Source: Bdellovibrionota bacterium
GTDB lineage: Bacteria > Bdellovibrionota_C > UBA2361
Length of the DNA stretch: 29,638 bases
Direction of reading: 5' to 3'
Assembly (NCBI GenBank): GCA_044352465.1
Contig: JBILDU010000032.1
Location: 1 to 29,638 of the forward strand
How positions within the stretch are numbered: the stretch's first letter is position 1; each line of letters opens with the position of its first letter. Made by a program: the position numbers and the translations under genes. The notes below the pieces were generated by a model. That model was not told the DNA's origin. It worked only from the letters and a program-made list of their open reading frames with translations, and did no database searches. This document shows positions 1-7,427 of the stretch, one piece after another.

Positions 1-456
1 GAAGAGGGTGGGGATACAAATGCGCTGCCGTCGTATGAGCGCATCCTCGCGCCGCTCGCTCATCCGGAGATGAAAGCACTCGCCGAAACCCACGGACTCT
101 CGATCGATGACGTGCGTGATTGGTCGACCCTGCGCCTGGTTCTTAATTCGTTTGGATGGCTCGCTCGCCGGGTCGGCGACAGCACAGTCCCGGAATCGTC
201 CGTCGTGCTCGCCGTGCTCCAGGTCGGCAGCGGAGCCCCCGGGGCAAATGCGCTGGGACTCGTTGGTGAACGTGGTTTGGTGCCGATTCGTGCCTCGCAC
301 CTCGAGTCGGTGTGGGGGCGGAGTTGGCGTCACCGCCTACCGCTGGTGGAACGGGTGCGAATGGCCGCGGATCTCAACGATTTCGACAAGCTGCTCAAAG
401 GGATCGACGAAAGAGAAGAGGAGCTTCATCGAGCGTCATCAACCGGTATGGTGTAA
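1..456 (+). CDS. 5'-truncated protein, operon partner of the coupling protein; weak resemblance to the DotM/IcmP (TrbA) C-terminal domain
   Basis: Frame 1 is open from base 1 (EEGGDTNALPSYERIL...) to TAA 454-456, with a 6-nt gap to the next ATG. DWSTLRLVLNSFG...RRV...PESSVVLA loosely recalls the DotM-family DRxLWYxLNxxGR...E motif. The function is inferred. Confidence 0.6.
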   Translation, partial: EEGGDTNALPSYERILAPLAHPEMKALAETHGLSIDDVRDWSTLRLVLNSFGWLARRVGDSTVPESSVVLAVLQVGSGAPGANALGLVGERGLVPIRASHLESVWGRSWRHRLPLVERVRMAADLNDFDKLLKGIDEREEELHRASSTGMV

Positions 457-462
457 GGGGCT

Positions 463-2622
463 ATGGCACGCGAGTATAAACGAACCGACTTTGAGAGAGC
501 GCGCCGTGACGAGCGCCAGCGCGCGCTTACCCGGGCCGCGGCAGCATCAGCCGGCACCCTTGGTCTCGCCGCGACCCCGCTGCTCGCGCAGATCGACCCA
601 AGCCTCCTGTTTACCCTCGGTGCCATCCCGGCTATCGCGCTCGCCGGAGCGACCAAGACCGTTTTCGGGCAGGTATGTCTCGATCGCGAGCGGGAAAGGG
701 AGATCGAACAACGCGGCGGACGCCGGGTGCTCGGCATGCCCCCGGCTCGGAACTGCTTCGCGGAGGCGCTGGAGGATGCGCGCCGTCGCGGTAAAAACAT
801 GATCGACAAATACCTCGTCGGCTTCGAACTCGATACGGGGAAGCCCCTCTGGGTGAGCGATGACGAGATGTGTAGCCACGGGTGCGTTTTTGCGAAAACC
901 GGCGTCGGGAAAACGTTGTGGTTGGAGTCGCTTATCTTTCAGCAGCTCGCGCGTGGTCGTGCGAGCGGGTGCACCTTTATCGATGCAAAGCGCGACTCCG
1001 GTGTGCTGGCGCATCTGATCTTGATGGCGCTCGCTACGGGGCGGATCGAAGACCTGATCGTGATCGACCCGTTCGAGAGTCTGCACTGCTACAATTTCGT
1101 GCTGACGAATCAACGCGCCGACGTGAAAGCGCGTAAAGTACTGCGGGCCGGCTTGCCGCCGACCTCCGATCAAAGTGTGACCAAACACTACGACCGTCTC
1201 GCCGCTGACTCGATCTATCGGATGGTGCGGGCGATGGAGAGCTTTGGTCTGGCATGGTCGATGCGCGATATCGCGGTGGCGTTGTCGGCTTTCAATATCG
1301 CCTACCCGCATCTGCGCGGCATGCTCCATCGGGTGGGGGCGCGTCAAGCCATGGTTGAGCTCGGGCATCTCGCGTCGAGCTATCGAACAGCCAAAGGAAC
1401 CCTTGATTCTGCCCGGATTACCGACAACCTCCGGGGAATCGCCTCCGAGCTTCATGCGATCGCCGGCAGCGAAATGGGACAGGTCTTTTGTACCCAATAT
1501 TCTGATTTAGTTCTCACCGATGCGATTTTGCGGGGCAAAATCATCTACTTTATGTTGCCCCGTCTGGAAGAGGCGGAGAGCGCCGCGCGCATGGTGAAGG
1601 TGTTCCGCGAAGATTTAGAGGTTTCCATCGGGGAGATTACGTCCTCGCGCCATCACCATCTCGAGGACCCTCATCTTGTCGTCATCGACGAGGGGTCCTC
1701 GACCTTCGGACCTACCTGGGCGAACCTCTTCGAGCTAGCTCGGAAAGGACGCTTTTCGCTCCTCTTCGGTGCCCAATCGACCGGTGGTTTGACCGATGCC
1801 TCGGTAGGGTTAAGCGAGGCGTTCTATGAGCGGGTCATGGCGAACGTGAACCTCAAAGTCATGATGCGGATCGGCGATAATCGGACCGCCACCGACATGA
1901 CCGAATGGTTCGGCAAAGTCACGACGACGAAGAAATCGATCGGTGCAGGTGTCACGACAGGGCGCACTGCACACATCATGCGGGGTGCCCTTGATCTGAG
2001 TGCCCGTACGAGCGGCGGAGAATCACAATCGATTAGTATCTCAGAAGATGAAACTGATCTGGTCAGCGCCGAAGAGCTGAAACACGAGATGTCGGCCGAG
2101 AAGGGGCTCGCGTGGTTTGACCTTGGTGACGGGCGGATCGTCAAGGGGCGATCCTTTTGGTTTAACGCCGAACTCCCCGAGACGTGGGAGGGGCGCGAGT
2201 TCATCACCCACCTCGAGCGACTCGAGAACGACGAGATCGGGCTGGCCGAATGGGTTGATGAGCAGATCCTATCGATGGAGCGACGTGAAACTGAGTCGCA
2301 GTACACCCCACGGAGGGAGGATGGGACTTCGCCGACCACCCTGAACGAGCCGAGGGCGGGGACACCCAACGAGCGCACCGAGACAACCCCAGAGCCAACC
2401 GGTCCGTTTAAGCTCAATTTGATGCCGCGGGGACTCAAACCTCGTGGAGCGGTTACAGCTCTGCCGAAGGGGGGTGGGGCGGCGCCTGAGGTTCAGGATT
2501 CTCCGCCGGTGGCGGAAAAGAAATCAGCGCCGAGCGCCCCCGCTGAGCCACCAACCAAACCGCCGACCGGTGGTTCAAAGAGTGGCCCCGCCAAGCCGCT
2601 CATCCGGCGCGGAGGTAAGTAG
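463..2622 (+). CDS. Type IV secretion coupling protein (TraD/TrbC/DotL-like P-loop ATPase)
   Basis: AAGGGG RBS. Two N-terminal hydrophobic segments, LVGFELDTGKPLWV, Walker A HGCVFAKTGVGKT, FIDAKRD, DAILRGKIIYFMLP, Walker B LVVIDE, ARKGRFSLLFGAQS and NVNLKVMMRIGD, all typical of TraD/TraG-family coupling proteins. Pro/Gly/Lys-rich C-terminal tail. Confidence 0.88.
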   Translation: MAREYKRTDFERARRDERQRALTRAAAASAGTLGLAATPLLAQIDPSLLFTLGAIPAIALAGATKTVFGQVCLDREREREIEQRGGRRVLGMPPARNCFAEALEDARRRGKNMIDKYLVGFELDTGKPLWVSDDEMCSHGCVFAKTGVGKTLWLESLIFQQLARGRASGCTFIDAKRDSGVLAHLILMALATGRIEDLIVIDPFESLHCYNFVLTNQRADVKARKVLRAGLPPTSDQSVTKHYDRLAADSIYRMVRAMESFGLAWSMRDIAVALSAFNIAYPHLRGMLHRVGARQAMVELGHLASSYRTAKGTLDSARITDNLRGIASELHAIAGSEMGQVFCTQYSDLVLTDAILRGKIIYFMLPRLEEAESAARMVKVFREDLEVSIGEITSSRHHHLEDPHLVVIDEGSSTFGPTWANLFELARKGRFSLLFGAQSTGGLTDASVGLSEAFYERVMANVNLKVMMRIGDNRTATDMTEWFGKVTTTKKSIGAGVTTGRTAHIMRGALDLSARTSGGESQSISISEDETDLVSAEELKHEMSAEKGLAWFDLGDGRIVKGRSFWFNAELPETWEGREFITHLERLENDEIGLAEWVDEQILSMERRETESQYTPRREDGTSPTTLNEPRAGTPNERTETTPEPTGPFKLNLMPRGLKPRGAVTALPKGGGAAPEVQDSPPVAEKKSAPSAPAEPPTKPPTGGSKSGPAKPLIRRGGK

Positions 2623-2636
2623 CCCGGGTTTTTATT

Positions 2637-2792
2637 ACTGGACCTCGTTTTATTTGAGCTGGCAGATAAACGAACGGTGTTTTCTTGGCACTTTAATTTT
2701 GAAAGTGTAATCAAAGTATTATAATACTGCTGTCCAGTCGGCCGTGATGGGTGCTCGGCGCTCACACCGTCCCCGAAATAGCGGTTTGGGGA
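2637..2792. repeat. Cluster of inverted repeats in an AT-rich intergenic spacer
   Basis: ACTGGAC 2637-2643 / GTCCAGT 2732-2738 encloses TCGTTTTATTTG 2645-2656 / CAGATAAACGA 2663-2673, CACTTT 2689-2694 / AAAGTG 2702-2707 and the perfect palindrome AGTATTATAATACT 2715-2728. Two more hairpins lie at about 2739-2769 and 2770-2792. Confidence 0.7.
2699..2725 (+). promoter_or_regulatory. Possible sigma70-type promoter for the 2833 ORF
   Basis: TTGAAA 2699-2704 and a consensus TATAAT 2720-2725. The spacer is only 15 bp, and both boxes overlap inverted repeats. Confidence 0.4.
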
Positions 2793-2832
2793 AGGTTTTA
2801 ATCCTCTCTATATCACTGAGGGTCTGAAGGTT

Positions 2833-3318
2833 ATGTACGCAGGTGGAGTGACATTTTCGATTAATAAGTCGTTCGGCAGCCTTCAGCTCGTGCCTGAATC
2901 GACCGGCATGCGAGTGTACTACGTTCCGATCGTGAACGGGGTCGAAGCGGCCGATTCGCCCGGTTTCCTTAATCTCCTGATTCCGCTCGACGCGATCGGT
3001 GGCTTGTGGGCAACAACCCGAGCCTTCCTCTACGGAGTCGAGTCGCTCGATGAAAACGTCATCCTCCAGGGTGGGGACACCGAGGGTGATTCCGATATCC
3101 TTATCAAGTTGTATCGCGACAAACCCCGCGGCCAACAAGGCCGTCTGAGTGGTGAAGAGACCTGTTGGTTGAGATTGGTGACGGGGCGAACCGAAGAGGA
3201 ACGCCGCCGCATTAAGCTTGGACCTCGCGATCTCCTTTGTCTCGAGCTCGCCTGCAACTCGGTGATGATGTTAGCCACCGAGCATCAGACCCACCAGCCA
3301 CGGATTCTCGGGGCCTAG
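2833..3318 (+). CDS. Hypothetical protein, candidate Whirly-fold ssDNA-binding protein
   Basis: 161-aa ORF with GAAGG upstream. FSINKSFGSLQLVP resembles Whirly (F/Y)SIYKGKAAL(S/T)VEP, IPLDAIGGL resembles LSVTEIGSL, and the hydrophobicity suggests two strands-then-helix halves. The CDS is likely; the fold is inferred. Confidence 0.65.
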   Translation: MYAGGVTFSINKSFGSLQLVPESTGMRVYYVPIVNGVEAADSPGFLNLLIPLDAIGGLWATTRAFLYGVESLDENVILQGGDTEGDSDILIKLYRDKPRGQQGRLSGEETCWLRLVTGRTEEERRRIKLGPRDLLCLELACNSVMMLATEHQTHQPRILGA

Positions 3319-3570
3319 GCGAGGGGCGTTCGTAAGTCCCTCTACCGTACACTTTTCAGCACTGCCGTGCTCGTCTGACTATCGATGAGCGCCCTCATGC
3401 AGGGAGGCCACGATGGTGCAAAAACTTTCGGGCCGGAGTCCCAGTGCGAAATTCGGGCGAGAGCTCTTTTGAGAGGAGCTTCGCAGCGGTATCCTCAGAT
3501 ATAGCTGTGTCGGCCTTCTCTTGCGGGTTAGTATCGAGCGGCGACGAAATTTAATTAAGCCGGGCTGTGT

Positions 3571-4566
3571 GTGAACGAATCATCGGAGACCAAATTTTTT
3601 TTCGAGCTCACCCCGGAGCGGATCCTCGATGCGGTTGAGGAGATCGGCGTGCGGTGCACCGGCCGGTGTCTGCAGCTCAACAGCATGGAGAATCGGGTGT
3701 ACGAGGTTGAGATCGAGCTTGATGCTGCTCCCGTCTCTCCGGCCGAACGTTTCCGCATCGTAAAGTTTTATCGTCCCGGCCGCTGGAGTAAGGAGCAAAT
3801 CGGCGAGGAGCACCGTTTTCTGCTCGACCTCAAACGGGCCGAGATCCCCGTCGTGGCTCCCCTTGAATTCCCCGATGGCTCCACTCTACGGCGGGTGGGC
3901 GAGCTCGAGATATACTACGCGATATTCCCTAAGGTTGGTGGGCGTTCCCCCGATGAACTTGATGGGGAGCAGCTCATGTGGCTGGGGCGCTTACTTGCGC
4001 GTATCCATACGGTGGGAGCGCAGCAGGAGGCGACGCAGCGCCTTCGACTCAATCCCGCGACCTACGGAATTGATAATCTCAAATACCTGATCGACTCCGG
4101 CGTAGTACCTCGGGAGAGTCAGGCGGCGTATCGTGGGGTTGTGGAGCGTCTGTGCACCCTTGTAGAGCCTTGGTTTCACGAGGTGAAGACCCAGAGAATT
4201 CATGGCGATTGCCACTTAGGCAATATCCTCTGGGGTCGGGAAGGCCCGTTCTTCGTTGATTTCGATGATATGGTTGTGGGCCCGTGTGTTCAGGATGTCT
4301 GGCTTATCGTGCCCGGAAGGGATGAGCAGCAGTTACAATCGTTGCTGTCCGGTTACGAGCTCATGCGTCCGTTCGATCGGAATTCGCTGCGTCTCATCGA
4401 GCCACTCCGAGCCCTGCGTTTCGTTCATTTTAGCGCCTGGATAGCTCGGCGGTGGCACGATCCGGCGTTTCAGCGGGTGTTTCCGAATTTCGGTTCGGGG
4501 GGGTATTGGGGAGAGCAGCTCGCGGATCTCAACGAGCAATTGTCGATTATCTCAAACGGTTGGTAA
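3571..4566 (+). CDS. srkA: Stress-response Ser/Thr protein kinase SrkA/RdoA (YihE), APH-like fold
   Basis: LNSMENRVY, VKFYRPGRWS, EEHRF, catalytic IHGDCHLGNILW, DFDD, IEPLRALR and WIARRWHDPAF. GTG start. Confidence 0.93.
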   Translation: MNESSETKFFFELTPERILDAVEEIGVRCTGRCLQLNSMENRVYEVEIELDAAPVSPAERFRIVKFYRPGRWSKEQIGEEHRFLLDLKRAEIPVVAPLEFPDGSTLRRVGELEIYYAIFPKVGGRSPDELDGEQLMWLGRLLARIHTVGAQQEATQRLRLNPATYGIDNLKYLIDSGVVPRESQAAYRGVVERLCTLVEPWFHEVKTQRIHGDCHLGNILWGREGPFFVDFDDMVVGPCVQDVWLIVPGRDEQQLQSLLSGYELMRPFDRNSLRLIEPLRALRFVHFSAWIARRWHDPAFQRVFPNFGSGGYWGEQLADLNEQLSIISNGW

Positions 4567-4707
4567 GTGGTTTGACGACGCTCATGGTGGGAACCTCAGC
4601 GACACGACAGACCGAAGCGAAATCACGGGCAGCGATCTCTTCGATGTGCTAATCTTTTTTGTTTGAACGTGGGCTGTTGAGCCGAATGACGAATGGAGGG
4701 GGCGGCT

Positions 4708-5964
4708 GTGTCTTTTGATAGTAAGATAGTGCGGGTCGCGTGTGGAGGTCTCTTCGCCCTCGCTGTTGAGGCGAATTCCTCTGACGTGGCTTTTGCCGCG
4801 AGCGGTACCGAAGTGACCGTTGATGAGGTGTGGAGTATCGCGGTATCTCACAGTCCGGCCCTACAGAGAGCAGGCGCTGCCGGTGCGGTAATCGCCGCAG
4901 AGGGGCTGACCGCCGCTGCGCTGCTCGATCCTAGTCTTGAGGGAAAAGCGGAGTGGCCCACGGGGAGTCACGCCCCTGAGACCAAAAACGAATATGAGGT
5001 CAGCGTTGCCCAGCCGCTTCGGCTGGGTGATCTTACCGGAGAGCGGGGGAAGCTCGGACGAATCACTCAAACGTTCAGTGAACAGCAAGCGCACCAAGAA
5101 CGGCTCAAGGTGTTTTTTGAGGTTGAGGAGCTCTTTGCCGAGATCGCCGCACTTGAGGGGCTGAAGCCCGGTCTTTTGAAAAGTGGTGCGCGGGCCCGGC
5201 AGGTTTTGAATCGCTTGCACCATGGGTCAGCTCTGTTGTCTCTTCAAGGGAGTGAGCGCGCCCTCATTGAGGCAGAGGGCGAAGCGTTGATCGGAGCTGA
5301 GATAGCGCTCTTGGGTGAGATCTCGGAGCGGCGGGCGGCGCTCGAGAGGCTTATCGGGGCGCCGCTTCCTGAGGGTGCGCTGCAGCAGCCGAAACTTGGG
5401 GAGCCGCTTGAGTCGCGTGCATTTATCGCTGCCGTGAAGGATTCGCCGGAGGGGCTCGCGCGGCGATTGACGGTGCAGGCGGAGCGCGCGGAGCGACGGC
5501 TGGCGCTGACCCGCGTTGAACGGGGGGGAGTGCTCTCTCCTCGCCTGGTGTATCGTCGCAGCGATGATGGCACCGATTTTTTGGGCTTTGCGCTCGAAGT
5601 TCCCCTGCCGGTGTGGGGTGCCTCGCGAGGGGAGCAGGTGGTGCACGAGAGTGAGCGTGCGGCGGCGCTCACGGAGCAGCGTTTCGTGGAGTCCCCGGCG
5701 TTCGAGCGATATCTTACCGCGCTGGTGGTCGGATACGGGGAACGGCGGCGGCACGCTGACGTGGTGCAGAAAAAAATTATTCCGGCGCTCGTTCGCGCGG
5801 CGGACGCGGGGGCCAAAGAGCTTCAAGCAGGGCAGATCTCGGTGGCGCAGTTTATCGCGCTCGTGCGGGATCTCCATGAGCGCTCGCGCGAAGGGGTCGA
5901 AGCGTATCTGACAGCGCTACGAATCGGAACTGAACTTCGTCTGCTACAGGGGGATGGGGTATGA
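4708..5964 (+). CDS. TolC/CzcC-family outer membrane efflux channel
   Basis: First gene of the RND operon. Signal-like N-terminus, HSPAL, EVSVAQPLRLG, FALEVPLPVW and GQISVAQFI. GGAGG at 4695-4699 favours GTG 4708 over ATG 4693. Overlaps the next gene (ATGA). Confidence 0.82.
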   Translation: MSFDSKIVRVACGGLFALAVEANSSDVAFAASGTEVTVDEVWSIAVSHSPALQRAGAAGAVIAAEGLTAAALLDPSLEGKAEWPTGSHAPETKNEYEVSVAQPLRLGDLTGERGKLGRITQTFSEQQAHQERLKVFFEVEELFAEIAALEGLKPGLLKSGARARQVLNRLHHGSALLSLQGSERALIEAEGEALIGAEIALLGEISERRAALERLIGAPLPEGALQQPKLGEPLESRAFIAAVKDSPEGLARRLTVQAERAERRLALTRVERGGVLSPRLVYRRSDDGTDFLGFALEVPLPVWGASRGEQVVHESERAAALTEQRFVESPAFERYLTALVVGYGERRRHADVVQKKIIPALVRAADAGAKELQAGQISVAQFIALVRDLHERSREGVEAYLTALRIGTELRLLQGDGV

Positions 5965-7424
5965 GAGTGGTTTTATCTATCGCGGTTGTAATCGTCGCGC
6001 TGATGGTGAGCAATATTACACCGGCATCAGCGGGTGGGGGACATCTCCACGGCTATTCTGGGGGGCGCGACGATGGGGGCGAAGAGCCGGTCGTCCTCTT
6101 AGGGAACGACGCCATCGCGAACCTCGCCATCAAAACGATCAAGGTCTCTGCCGCACCGCCGATCGGAGCGCGATTGAGCGGGGTGATTGAGCGTCTTCCC
6201 GATGGCATCGTCACCGTATCAGCTCCGACCGGTGGTGCCATTACCAAAGTCAGCACGCGTCCTGGGGAGTCGGTAAAGCGGGGCCAGGCGGTTGCTTTCT
6301 TCTCCCCCTTTCAGGTCGGCGCAGGCGCGTTTCCCCTCCTCGCGCCGATCGATGGGGTTGTGGCGAGTATCGGTGCTCCTCTAGGTGCAGGGCGTGAAGC
6401 GGGGACCGTATTGTTCACGGTGATCGATGCGCAACGGGTCGGCCTCGTGGCTCCTGTCATCGGCAGCGACCGTGTTAATCTCAAAGTCGGAGACTCGGTC
6501 CCCGTACTCGTTCGTGGAGATGCTCAGCCTTTTCAGGGGAGGATCTACCTGATTGAGCAGGGGGGCGCAGATGTCTCAGTAGTCGGACGGATCGTTGTCG
6601 AGCTTTTACCACGCGAGGGAGCCCTCCCCACCCTTGGGGCGGTCGGTTCGCTCATCCGTCCCGGTGAAGGGGCTGCCCGTGTTTTTCCGCTCCCTCGTGA
6701 GGCCGTGGTTGGAAATGTGATCAAACCGGTGGTCTTCGTGCGACGTGGAAATAGGTTCGTGCGGCGCGACGTAGTTGTGGCGCGTGACCTCGGGGAGATA
6801 ATTGAAATCGAGCGTGGACTCGCGGAGGGAGAGCCCGTCGTGGTGAAGGGGGCGTACCAAATGAATCTAGCGCGGAGCGATTCCCCGGAGAAACTCACCG
6901 TCGGACCCCACGAGGGGGTCGTGACCACTTGTTCGTCGACGAATGCTCCCAGCTTTTTTGCTGAGATCAAGCTGCACGACGATAAGGGTGACATCGAAAT
7001 ATGGCTCGGCAAGACCGCTGATTTCAAAGAGTCGCACCGCATCCCACCGACAGCGAAAGTTGCCCTGGGGTTCTCTGAGCAGGGGCGGTCGGTCGACCTG
7101 GCGGTGCGCGACCTCCGGTCGAACCTGGACGAGGACGGCACTACGCGCCTTAAAGACGGAGTAACCGATTATTTTATCTTTCCGGGCGAAACCGGAAGCG
7201 ATGCGCGGTGGCTTCAAGGTGGGGAATTTATCGATGAGGTGATTCTCACGGTAACGCACTCGGGTGAAAGCAGCGTGTGTGAGGTGGTTACTCTCATACC
7301 GCATAGTCATGGAGCTGCCGCCCACTCGCATGGTGAGGTGGAGGATAGTCACGAACATGCCCACGATGATCATGGGCATTCTCACGATCACTCGCACGAT
7401 CACGGAGGGGCGCATTCGCATTAA
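5961..7424 (+). CDS. CzcB/CusB-type periplasmic adaptor fused to an extra C-terminal domain and His-rich tail
   Basis: Signal peptide, lipoyl halves VSAPTGG...PGESVKRGQ and LLAPIDGVV, LPREAVV, and IEIERGLAEGEPVVVKGAYQ. An extra domain starts at GPHEG (6903). 15 of the last 40 residues are His. Confidence 0.87.
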   Translation: MRVVLSIAVVIVALMVSNITPASAGGGHLHGYSGGRDDGGEEPVVLLGNDAIANLAIKTIKVSAAPPIGARLSGVIERLPDGIVTVSAPTGGAITKVSTRPGESVKRGQAVAFFSPFQVGAGAFPLLAPIDGVVASIGAPLGAGREAGTVLFTVIDAQRVGLVAPVIGSDRVNLKVGDSVPVLVRGDAQPFQGRIYLIEQGGADVSVVGRIVVELLPREGALPTLGAVGSLIRPGEGAARVFPLPREAVVGNVIKPVVFVRRGNRFVRRDVVVARDLGEIIEIERGLAEGEPVVVKGAYQMNLARSDSPEKLTVGPHEGVVTTCSSTNAPSFFAEIKLHDDKGDIEIWLGKTADFKESHRIPPTAKVALGFSEQGRSVDLAVRDLRSNLDEDGTTRLKDGVTDYFIFPGETGSDARWLQGGEFIDEVILTVTHSGESSVCEVVTLIPHSHGAAAHSHGEVEDSHEHAHDDHGHSHDHSHDHGGAHSH

Positions 7425-7427
7425 TCG

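Noticed and set aside
107..1497. Alternative ORFs 107-802 (+), 426-809 (-) and 547-1497 (-)
   Set aside because: They overlap well-supported genes in other frames and have no recognisable motifs.
7302..7421. Short CACGAT/CACTCG repeats
   Set aside because: Explained by His-Asp/His-Ser codons of the His-rich tail. Not a CRISPR array or VNTR.
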